Shown here one piece after another: positions 13,649-25,200 of a stretch of DNA of 64,000 nucleotides. Location: positions 76,171 to 140,170 of the forward strand of contig NMRA01000421.1 in NCBI GenBank assembly GCA_002633005.1, written 5' to 3'. Each line of letters begins with the position of its first letter. Position 1 is the stretch's first letter. Position numbers and translations under genes: made by a program. The stretch is from Phoronis australis (lineage: Eukaryota; Animalia; Phoronida). The notes below the pieces were generated by a model. That model did no database searches and was not told the DNA's origin. It worked only from the letters and a program-made list of their open reading frames with translations.

Positions 13649-14119
13649 CCTGTGACTTCTACTTTTCCCTCTCCCTAGTATTCGAAATTGTGGTTTCTGA
13701 TCTGTTCATGAGATTCCAGATCACGCCATACTTTTATTCTACCGAGTAGTGGGAATCAAACGCTAGGTACTGGTCGGTGTTGGAGAGTTACTATCGACTC
13801 AGAGTGTTACCCGTAGTGTAAGGTATCGTAAGCTTGCTCACACGTACCAGTATCGAGAATTTAACTCCCAACCATAAGAGCTTCATGACTGTAGTAAGTA
13901 GTAGAGTAGATGAGGGCGAGGCCCTCGGACAGCTTCGCAAGATCGGGCGATTTCGCCCTGCCCTCGCTTTGGTTGGTGTGGACGTGGATCGAGCGGAAGG
14001 GCCTGGTAGGCTGGTGGTGGTATTCTTCTTCATGTGGAGACGAGACGCTGGCTGGATGGCAACATCGTTAATGACATTAGGTGTGAAGCTGGCTTAATGG
14101 CAACAGCTTCATGTTGGTC

Positions 14120-14690
14120 CTTGGTTGTCTTTATACTGCCCCGTCGGGACAGTTTTTTTTTTTTGGTGTCTTTATACTGCCCTGTCGCCCCCTCGGAACA
14201 GTTACAAGTAGCGCAGGTCCCGAACCATTGGTGCTCCTGGTACATGTTGTCACTAAAGTTCGGTTGTCTTTATACTGCCCCGTCGGGACAGTTTTTACTA
14301 GTTGAGCAGGGCCAGAACCCGTAGGTGCTCCTGGAATAAGCTTGTCACGGAAATGCGGCTTAGTGTGGCTTCACGGAGTGACTGCAGCCTGTCGGAGACA
14401 TTCCGGTGAGCTCGTGTAATATATCAGTTGAGGAATGTCTGGGCTGTCCGAGAGCAATTCTCAGCGCCCAGTTTTGTACTCTCTGTAGCTTTTCGATTGT
14501 GGAAGGAGCACAGGTTGGAATATCGACCGTGTCGTATTCGAATAGGGGTCTGATAAACATTTTGCAGATCAGTAGTAGGCAGTCGCTCCTAGCGCCCCAC
14601 CCTGTGCCCTTCAATCGATACATAAGCTTGACTCTGGTTGTGGCACGGTCACACACGCGTGCGACGTGAGGTTGTAACGTGTGTTATCCC
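14120..14690 (-). mobile_element. Non-LTR retrotransposon remnant (I/Jockey-group-like RT C-terminal region plus repeated 3' end)
   Basis: LKGTGWGA...LLLICKMFIRPLFEY...LQRVQNWALRIALG...STDILH, followed by three copies of a ...GACGGGGCAGTATAAAGACA(A)CC-like 3' motif, one followed by poly(A). Confidence 0.75.
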
Positions 14691-15431
14691 TAACATAGTG
14701 GCCTCATGAGTATGGCGGGATAAGGATTCTCAAGTACAGAGCGGAAACCAAAGTTTCGGATCCCGGTTACAGGGAAGAGGAGAGATCACACGTACGCCGA
14801 CGTTGCTGAGATCATTATTATCTGGTTACGATACTAACATCAATACCGTGATCTCCTCTGCCATTAGCAGCTCGCCGATGATGTCGTCATCAGGGCCATC
14901 TTCAGTGAGAGAGGTGTCACTTTCACTGGCAGCGATACTGTGGTCTTTGACAGTGTTTGCGTCGCTGTTGGGAATCAAGTCGCTGTTATTACTCCGTGTG
15001 GTTACCAGGGTACTTCGATTATATGTTAATCGTATCTCGTTACAACTTGTGCTTTGTTTCTATAAGTACATGCAGCATAATGCGCCATGCATGTGTATAT
15101 GTACCATTGTAATGTCTCAATGCTTTCATGTTTCCATGTGTTTGTACAACATGGTGCGTTTTCGAAAAAATCATTTGACCCTCTTTTGCTGGTTTGGGAA
15201 TTAATTGGTCCACGCAACTCCACTCCAACCCCACCCCGCCCCCATGTTCCGCAGGGTGTCCAATAATAAAAAACAATTAATTCATTTTGACATTGATTGC
15301 CACCTAACATGACACACGAGACGTCAGTTCAGAACAATTTGAAACATTTGCAAAGTACTTTGGTACATAAGGTTCTTGTTGGCAACTCAGTTCTGTGTGC
15401 ATTCAATGAGGTTGGCTGCTTTACAGTTAAC

Positions 15432-15610
15432 ATATTGAGCTGTGCACTGTTTGTCGCATTGAACTGAGCACTGTTTGTCACATTGCACTGGGCACTGTTT
15501 GTCACATTAAACTGAGCACTGTTTGTAACATTGAACTTTGCATTGTTTGTCACATTGAACTGGGCACTGTTTGTCATATTGAACTGGGCACTGTTTGTCA
15601 CATTGAACTG
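15432..15610. repeat. 24-bp minisatellite (CATTGAACTGGGCACTGTTTGTCA)n, ~7.5 copies
   Basis: Tandem units; explains the NVTNSAQF-repeat ORF. Confidence 0.92.
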
Positions 15611-16618
15611 ATTACTGTAGTAAATTTGCAAATAGTTCCACTAAATTAGCGTTGGATTCAAAAACATAAGAACGGGAGAAGTGGTTGTCTGTAGGCACTG
15701 TTGAACGACACGGCATAGTCTCCGTACCGTCATTTAATTTATCTACATTATACTCAAAATTAAAAAGGTGAGTTTTTGTTTTACATTCACAAAATCATAT
15801 ACAGCTGTTTTTAACAATAATCAATTGTTATTTATTGCAATGTTACATTTCCGTGTTGATTTAATTGGTCTAATAGGATTGTGTGATTACCATAATTCTC
15901 AAGGTAACAGACTACGAAAATGTCTTTGTTGTAACTTTAGCAACCCAAAAAGTTATCCAGACTGCTACTGGTCTGGCAATCCTAAACTCTCTGTAGCATT
16001 TCTTGTGTTTAGCAATCCTGGTGTCCAGTGACCTTAGTGTTCCATCTATACATGTAAATGCTTCCCACACTCACAGGCAGTTCGATAGATGACCTTCTTC
16101 TTTCAATCCATGTCTATTACTGCTTTGAACTTGGTCAGTTTTCGACCCAAGGAGTCTGAGCTAAGTTATATACCGTTCCGTTCTCATCAGCCCATCTTGA
16201 ATTTCCTGCGTAAACTTCCGTGTATACATGGAGTGCACATCGTTTGTTGCTGAGGGTATTCTTCTACATTCTCTACTCTTTGTGAATGTATTGCTAATTC
16301 AATGTGTCTACCGTGAGACCTACACGTGTTACCGTTGAGCGTTCAGGGTGGACTTTAAAAGTTCAAAATTGGGCCTTTAAATTTAACCTATACGCCACCT
16401 GATTTACTTACAACCAAATCATTAAGTTTAACTAGACTTAAAATCAAATATTACATGCGAATTGTTAGTGGTGGTAGTAGTAGCAGTAATACACTTTATT
16501 CACGTTAAGACAAAAATACAGTTGATACATATTTACGCTAATGCAGACTCCGTGAAGGACCCAAAGGGTCCGCTAACGTTCGGTCCTTCTTTTGATGGCT
16601 TCTCTGTAAGCTGTGTCC

Positions 16619-18830
16619 CTATCGTCTCAGTCTTTGACAGTTGATGGAAGAAAAGGTGTAGATATGTGGATTAAGTCCTGCGTTAATCGGCAAAACAAAA
16701 ACGACCAACCACACTACCACCTGGGGATCTACGTGAACACCACATGCGGATATGATACCAGTAAGCACTATGGGAAACCAACAACAAAGATCGGTCGCAA
16801 CGATCCAGCTTAGTTTCTTCGCTAATGCAATTTCTTTGTAGCTAGAAACACGGCCACTGTTTTGTTGACTCTGACGCGATTTTTTATAAATTGCGGAATA
16901 ACAGAGGATCATAAATAAAACCGTAACGCCGTTGACAACGATCAAGCTTAGTTTGTATTTGTTGAACGAACCTCTAATCAGTGTGAATGGAAGACAAACA
17001 GCGGTATCCCCGTAGAAGGCGTTCCATTTTCCAAAGTACGGTAACTCTGTTAAAGGTAACCCCGCTAAGACAAAGCATACAACCCAACCACCTGCTAATA
17101 CCAAAGCAACTGATTTGCTTGTTAGTCGCCGGACTTGAAACATCAGCACAGTGGCTATTGTCCTGTCGATTGTTATTACCGTCAGAACAAACACGGACAT
17201 CTGACAAGCCACGAAGGAAAAGAAACCAGCCACCTTGCACGCAAAGCCTGTGCGCCACATTGGATCGTACATGTAATACATGCCTGTGTTCAAGAAAAAC
17301 AAGTCAGCGGCGGCTATGATCAACAGATAGACACCCATAAAAAAGTCCGATATGGCTAGGTTCATTATAAGCACGGCGTTTACCTTCCTAAACTCAGTCA
17401 TGCAAATCTTGCATCTCCATATAAATACAGCGCAGTTACCAACAACTGCTGAAGTTCCTATTACCCATATAAAGACACGAAGCACTCTGTTTGACATTAG
17501 ATCAGAGCAAGAAGAAAATGGATCTGACGAAGGTGTGCAGTTCACGTTTTTGTTGACAAGGCAACAGAAACGGAAGCTGTCCGTGCGGAGGTTACTGACA
17601 TTCAATGCACTAAACGTGCTCTCTTCTATTACAAGGAAGTCATCGTTGAACTCCAGATTAAGAGTACCTATGAACATAGTTCCTCTGAACGAATCATGGG
17701 ATACATGCTTAATACCATTGTCGCTGAGATCGAGAGTGTATAACCTCAAACCATAGAAGATATTGCCGTGGAGTCTATGAAGCCTGTTTCCAGTTAAATT
17801 CAAGTGAAAGAGGTTCACCATCTTAGAGAAAGAGTAATGAGGTAAATGCTGAAGGTCGTTGAGTGATAGATCTAACATGCCTGTCAGAACGTAATGGGTG
17901 AATGTTTCATTAGTTAACAACAACTTGTTGCCTGAAAAAAGTATTGCTCTCATTTTGTATGACTCGTCAGGAAGTTCGCGAAGACCTACTCCGTGGCAGT
18001 CGATAACATATCCTTCGCATGAACATTCTAAAGGACAGGTGCTATTGCGGTCGCAAAATCTTTCATCCTCCCCTGTCCCAATACAGTCAACCTGGCCATC
18101 ACACACACGCGATTGGTCTAAGCACCACTGTTTACCCTGACAATGAAATTTTCCAGGACACGTATAATTAAAACAATTAATCTCGTCTGCCCCATTTGCA
18201 CAGTCCAATACACCGTCGCACACAGCATGGCGTGGAATACAATAGCTAAATGGACACTTAAACATTCCGGGACATAACATTGTTTCACACCTGAGTAAGT
18301 GACTCATGTCGCCACAGCTTCTGTATGAGTCAGTTTTGTCGTAGACGCATACGTGACTTCTTTGATAGCACGATGGGTGGTCAAAGTGACATCTTGTACG
18401 GGATGAAGATGAACAGTAAGGTTGTAGACTATTTACCATGTGGATGCCAGTTGGATTTTTAAGTTGTATTAAACCTTTTTTGACGTCTGTTTCGGAAAAT
18501 AATTCATCCTCTTGTGTCGAGCCTTCGCAATCGACTATCATATCCCATCTTTTCTTTCCCGAAATGCATGTTCCAGAATAACATAGATATCCCCCATGGC
18601 GTGCACAATTATTGCGCCAGTCGCAAGTAACCTCCAGTTCATCAGATCCGTCCTCACACTGTTTCACGAAGTCACAAACCTTGCTTTTGAGGATGCATTG
18701 GCCGGAATTGCACTGAAATTCCTCATTCGAACAGTTCGGATATACACACCAACTTTCATCACTACCATCGGAGCAGTCAGCTTTAAAGTCACAATAATGC
18801 GACATGTGGATTTCTTGTCCATCAGCGCAT
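16619..18830 (-). CDS. Coding exon 2 of the GRL101-like LRR-GPCR: ~6 LDLa repeats, LRRNT, LRRs, hinge, class A 7TM
   Basis: Acceptor tgttttccAG ends at 18831. The exon opens A|TGC GCT GAT GGA CAA GAA ATC CAC ATG, in frame with the 728-aa ORF. LDLa motifs (CD...DC.DGSDE), LRRNT CPLECSCEGYVIDC, LxxLDLSxN repeats and hinge FRFCC...FSSCSDLM. 7TM motifs: GN (TM1), NLAISDF (TM2), ITIDRT (TM3), TDLCCWFP (TM6), NPHIY (TM7). Confidence 0.95.
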
Positions 18831-19939
18831 CTGGAAAACAGTAAGCCCGTTAAGCTCTTGGTAATGATTCATTTCGATGCCAACTACATGATTCTTTAGT
18901 ATGAAATCGGCCTGTATGTGCGTATACAAAAACTGATGAATATGCACTTCAGTATGAGAGATTTTCTGGATATTCTTCCTTCAGAAAACTCGGTTTCTTG
19001 AATTATTCGAAAATCAGGAAATCGCCGAGACTGAAAAACGCTTCACATTCGTAGTACACAAGAAAGCGTGTCGATCACGTCTAAAGATAAAAACCTGTCT
19101 AATAAAGGTACATGTATTTACAGACAAGCCCGAACAAGCGAAAACTTCGCAGAACACAATTTGGCCTTACTAACTTTTTACAATTCAAAACCTTACTTCT
19201 GGTAGTCGCAATGCCAAAAAAAACAACTGCAGTACGCGTGTTTTCCACCATGGTATGAGACGATTTGTGTAGTCGGTTTGACTTATTAAATGACAGTTCT
19301 CCGTTTTCAGCAGCAACTCCTGGGTAGAGTTTCTTCGACGCAAGAATCTCGATATGGAAGCTAATGCGATCGAGTACTTCCCTTGTAATACGAGGTGATT
19401 CCTCGCGAAGTCCTGCGTATTTTTACTTTTTCGAGAGATTCTCGCCTCTACGGAAACCACACTCAATTAGGTGGTTACATATTTGATGGCATAGTGTGCC
19501 CAGATGCCGTCTACTCTTACGTTAGCAGCCACATCTGGTGCTGTAGTTATCAAAGCAGCCCCAAGGTACATGTACATGCAAATTTCAGTAAGTGAACTCC
19601 AGTGATGTCAAGTGAATCCATTAGATTGCCACAACAGTAGCCTGTATTGCGTATAATGGCTTACATGTTAATTGGTGTCAGGTAACTTATAAGCTGGGGA
19701 TGGATTGTACCAAAAGTCTATTTAATTTAATTAGATTTCCGCGATGCTTCCATGAGGTTTTGTTTTGTGCCTGGTTGATATACATAGACCGGCAGCCCAG
19801 AGCACTTAGCATAGATGAACGAGTTACCAACATCTGACCACGGGAGCATTTAGAGTCTACCTCAGTATGTACAGAAATGGACGTATCCGTTGTCTGCACT
19901 CTGGGTGTGACCCCTGGTGGCCTTACCAATGGGATAAAA

Positions 19940-20520
19940 TGAGCTAGACTAGATATTTGAGGTATCGACCAAAACTGATTTAAAAAGAACAATAGTAACG
20001 CACTGAACACCGACTGACCCATGACAAACAGAAAAGGGCCCCAAAAATGAGCTAGCACATATGTTCGATGTACCACAAAAAACCAATTCCATGTGATTCA
20101 ATACATGCCACTGGTCACTAAATGCCCTATGACAGACAAAATACACCCTGAATTGTGCCCTGCAGAAACCCTTAAAAATCACTGCCACAGTATGTCATCG
20201 ATATTTTGAGCTACATTAGATACCCAAGGTACCGACTAAAATTGACCTAAAACCAGTAATCGTGCCGCACCAGATGACCCATGACAGACAAATTGTGCTC
20301 TGGAAAGCGTTCACCAGAAACTTAAAATGACACCTTAAACAGGTAATCATTCGAGGTACTATAATAAAGAATTCCATGTGGTTCAAATAGATGTTACTGG
20401 TAACTAAATGGCCTATGACAAATAAACCCCACTATGGGTTGTGCTCCCCAGCCACAGAAATCTCAACAAAGTAATTTTGACAATCTGTGACATATTAGAT
20501 AATGAAGATACCGGTTAAAA
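19940..20520. repeat. Diverged tandem repeat, unit ~270-285 bp, ~2 copies
   Basis: Recurring GACCCATGACA(A/G)ACA (20016, 20276) and AATTCCATGTG...ACTGGT.ACTAAATG.CCTATGACA (20085, 20370). Confidence 0.65.
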
Positions 20521-22203
20521 CTTGGTAGTTTTGTAGAATGAAGGATTGCAATAAGGAAGGTGTTGTGATCAGGTGCTTCGGTTCATGATGAATTCCTGTA
20601 TTTCCGTAATACTTTTGCGTCTACTGAGCTCTCACACTGAGTGTCAAATTGATGATGGTGGAAAGTAAGCATTTTAGAAAGTACCTGATAACAGTAAAAC
20701 TTTGGGATACCAAGAACTGTCTAAAACCAATCAATTAAGTGATGTTTAAAATCGCAGTTAACAATACGTTGAAAGAAAAGCAACAGACGTGTTTTCAAAA
20801 ATCTATTTTAATCAAAATAAACTACATGTAGAAATAACAACACTTTCAAACATCAACCCATAAACTTATGACAACATAATAACAGACAATTAAAATCACT
20901 GCATCGACGAGAACATTACGCTACTATATGTTTAATGGCATAGTAGTTTCCTGTTTTAATATGTTTCAATATCAGATATGTCACTGATACTAAAGCTTGA
21001 TTCGGGCTCGTTTGTTTCATCATAGTCCATTTTCTCTACCTCATGATTGGGTTGCTTTTCTTGTAAAAGACCAGAACCTTCAAAAAGGACATCAGGAACG
21101 GCAGATCCACAAAACCATTCGGGATTATAGTATCCATCTTGTATCTTCCAACCGTAGTTTAGAGGATCCAAACTGGTTCCCGGATCGGCAAATTCCGCTT
21201 GACCTTAGAGCATCGCAACATAATGGGCACGTTTGAGCTTGTTCAACAGTGTCTCTCGGCAAGGAGGAAGTAATGCGCGGTCAATCTTCTTCATGTTGGA
21301 CATCGGCTTTTCGTAAAATAAATAGTGAGAAAATTTAATTGACGAGGGACCAATTGTCTAACAGCTGACGAACAAAAACATAGAGCCTGAACACCACTGA
21401 GACTGGACCTTTTGGTTTAACTCATTACGGCGTTTTCCCGTTGCTCCCAACTTGTTCTATTCTATAGCCCAACAACAAGTTGGGAAGGTTACCCCTGTAG
21501 CCAATATCTTACACGACTGATTAACTACAATCTGGTATTTATGGTTGGAGGGCCAGCTCTCTTTTGTTCGATAATTGCTCTAATCTCTCATCAGGTCGTA
21601 TCTACCTTTACTGGGCTGTGCTGTTAAAAATAAAAGTTAAGTTATAACATATTTGAAGATAAACCAATAGCATTTCTAAAATCTTCGTCAAATGTTGACC
21701 ATGTTAAGTTTTTGAATCGCCAAAATCGCCCAACTGCAAACCGAAGTTACGACAATCTATTCTTTCCGAATACACCAATTCACTCTGAGTTTGACTGTGT
21801 ACACACGTGGTCTGTAATAAGCCTGGTAGATAATTGGACTGCTTGTTGTCATAGCAGACAAAAGAGTGTGATTGGCAGTTAACAAAGAAGCTAGATGTTA
21901 TCAAATGCTCAGAACCCCTTACGTCTGGTAAAGCCACTGAACGGGAAAACGCTGTCATGTGTCATGAAATTGTTTTCGTTGCTTTTAACAAAAACATTTT
22001 ATCAATTACAGTTATTACCTTGTATATTTTTTCGGTCTTCTCGATTAATCTCAGATACTTCTTACTCCTCCCTTCATTCCATAAAGGATGGTCTGGGACA
22101 TCTACGCTCGTTAACTCTGAGAAGTACCGGATAAGTGTCCCAGATGAGTCTTCCAACAGAATTTCCAGAGGCCTCATTTTCCCTTTCCTATACAGTGCTG
22201 CTG

Positions 22204-25200
22204 TGACCAGAAACATGCTATCGGCCACTATGAATTCATTCAAACACCAACAGCCATGTTTGCTTCCAGTGGGGCAATGCTGTCATGCAAAGACAAATGG
22301 AATCGAATCCACCTTCTGCACACACTATCTGAAGCAGACGTCTGAGAGCAGGACAGTCCCCAAGCTGCAAGATGTTTTAGATCCAGAAAACATGTAAACA
22401 ACATCCATTGAGTGTGTTCACCCAAGCCACAAAGCTGCACGTGTGGACTGTAAGGAAGTGATGTCCTTAACTAAAGGTTATGACGATATCGTTCTGGTTT
22501 TGGACACCCACAAAGACAACTCTTTGAAACAAGCCACAGGAGAAAAAAGAGGCAGAGAAAGGGTCAAGTACAGTACCAGATAAGAGATAAGACTTTCATA
22601 CAGAATATTCCAATGAGCCGTTTCCTCCTCTCCTATGGCCAAAAAGGCTCAAATTACTGAATATTTGTCTGCAAAGACACTTGAATATAATAAAGACTCT
22701 GCCAAGATAGCCATTACTTCAGCTTCAGGATGCACGAAGAGCAACCGACGTGATCTACGTTTTGAAGAAAACAATCACGAAAAAGCAGATACTTTGCTAA
22801 TACACTGTACATCATGCATAGTCCAGTCTATCTACGGATAACCCGGAAAATGCAACAGAAGGTTTTACTGCATGAATAGTATCTTTTCACACACCTAAGT
22901 GGGAAAAAAGTCTACCGGAAACGGAGTGGCGGAAGTTGGTTTATGGCCGCCAGATTTTCTGATGCTCACTATAACTCAAGAGTGGAATGTGATAGAGTAA
23001 AAATTCAAAAAGGCTTAACTATGTTTTGTTGGTCAACAAATCCATTGGAAATGGTTTTGCATGACTGTGGTGACACCGTTTGCCATTTTCCAAGATGGCC
23101 GCCAAATCTACTTCAGTCGCACGAACAGATTAGTGTGTCGTCTTGCTTGAAACGTCACACCACAGGTTTTCTGGGTAGACTAATCCATTGAGACTCATTG
23201 CATTTGGCACTAATGATTACTTCCGCCATTTCAAAGATGGCGGAAAAAATGGCCGCCAGATTTGCAGATGATCATTTTAACTCGAGAGTGAAATGTGATA
23301 GACTAAAAATTCAAAAAGGTTTACCTATCTTTTGTGGGTCAACAAATCCATTGGAAAAGTTTTACATGGCTGTGGTGACACCATCAGCCATTTTGCAAGA
23401 TGGCCTCCAAAACTATTTCGAATCGCACAACGTCGCACAAACAGAAGTGCCTTTTGCTTCAAACATTGTATCATAGGTTTTCTGGGTCGACTAATCCATT
23501 TAGACTCATTGCGTTTGGCTCTAATGATTACTTCCACCATTTTCTAAGATGGCCAACAAGTAGTTGCTTCGTGTAAGAACTTCAGATTTCAGACACGCCA
23601 TATCCTGAGTTTTTTAGGTCAGCACGTCCATTACACTAATTTTTGTTTGGCTCTTGATGATTACTACTACCATTTTCAAGAGGGTTTAACGAATAACTTA
23701 TTTGGGTCAAAAACATCAGGTTTGCCTGGACTGAATGATCATTCTCCTCCTGAAAAAATATGCTGTCTTGAAAATAACTTTCTGCAATTACTTCAGTGAT
23801 CTACTATCCACACTGTCCGTGTCACTTACAGTTAATTGTAAATGCTAGTGAATCCATACACAATCAACCAGTATTTACACAACTAACCTCTGTAAACTGA
23901 GAATGAATTGCTGCAGCTAAAACCACGGCATTCTCCACATGCAAACGAGTACGGCAATTCTAACTTCTTGCAAGTACATCTCTTGGAACTGCAGTTGGTC
24001 TTACACGAGCATCTCACTACTTTCAGCAGGTTCTCTGGTGCTACTGACTGGTCCGTCGTCGTGGGAAAGAATTTTCTACCTGCCAGTATCCATGCCCAAT
24101 ACAGCGAGTCTTGGCCACTGCCACGGAAATTTGACCGAGCTTGCTCTTGATAATATGTCCCGGCAGCATGGAATTTAGCTACTGAAGAAAGTTGGAGATA
24201 ATGACTGTATTTGGAATGTGGCTAGTCTGACAACTCATCCACAAATCGCCTGTATTGCAAGTCATCCAAATTTCCAGAGCTAGTGCCGCCATGAAGCATA
24301 GGCACAACTCTTACCAGCTTCAAATATGTATTGCTTCAGCTGCATGTGTCTAGTGAATACTCTCGCTATAGTTTTTGCAGAATTCTCGATCACGCAGTTT
24401 CTTGAATGAGAGAGCCTTTGCTAATACCGAACAGCTGTAATGTTGTGTTGCAACCACCCATTGCACGCGCAAATGGCAAAACTGCGCAAGTTTCGGCAAC
24501 AAGAGACAACTGTAGTTCCTTTATGTCCAGACTCTCCTCTTGCTTTGGTACTTCTTGTCAAATTTCATGAACATTGGAATTTGTTGTGAAGTAGCATGGT
24601 AACGCAAAGGAACCAACAAGTCTGTATCGTTTGCAATAAGGATAATTGGACCGTATGCTGCGTTCTCTACTTCTGTTTCTATAATTAAAACATCTGCGTC
24701 ACCTTGAGCTTGTACCACTGTGCAACCAGCATTTCCTAGCAAACTTGACAAGAAATGAATGAATCGTTTGTTTTTGCTCCTTGCCAAAGATGTTCCTTTT
24801 TTACTTGATCACCATGTCACCATTGAAGTGAACTTCAGTTCCAACCACCCCACCCAGTCTTGGAACATGAGAGACATCTTTAGTTGATAGTCCATATCAG
24901 TAACCGTCAAAAACAACAGTAGGCTGGGGGCACTTGCTGATATAATCCGCATAAGCTCTAACAAATGACTGAAACGTTGCACTTCTAGGCCATGGAATAC
25001 GGTGAAAGAGAGAACCGCCGTCGATTCTATGCATCACCGTGTTTTCTGGAAATTGAAATCCTCAGGTTGTTATCCATTGGACCAGAGTGCATCAGCTCAT
25101 ATTGATTCATTAGCGACTCTGGGAAGACCAGATGTATCAAAAAGAGTAGGGGAACCAACACACAGCTCAAACTTCAAACGACTTGACGAACTTTCACTGT

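Noticed and set aside
15329-15631. 100-aa ORF with NVTNSAQF repeats (looks like an N-glycosylated repeat protein)
   Set aside because: Fully explained by a 24-bp minisatellite; no ATG start, signal peptide or splice context.
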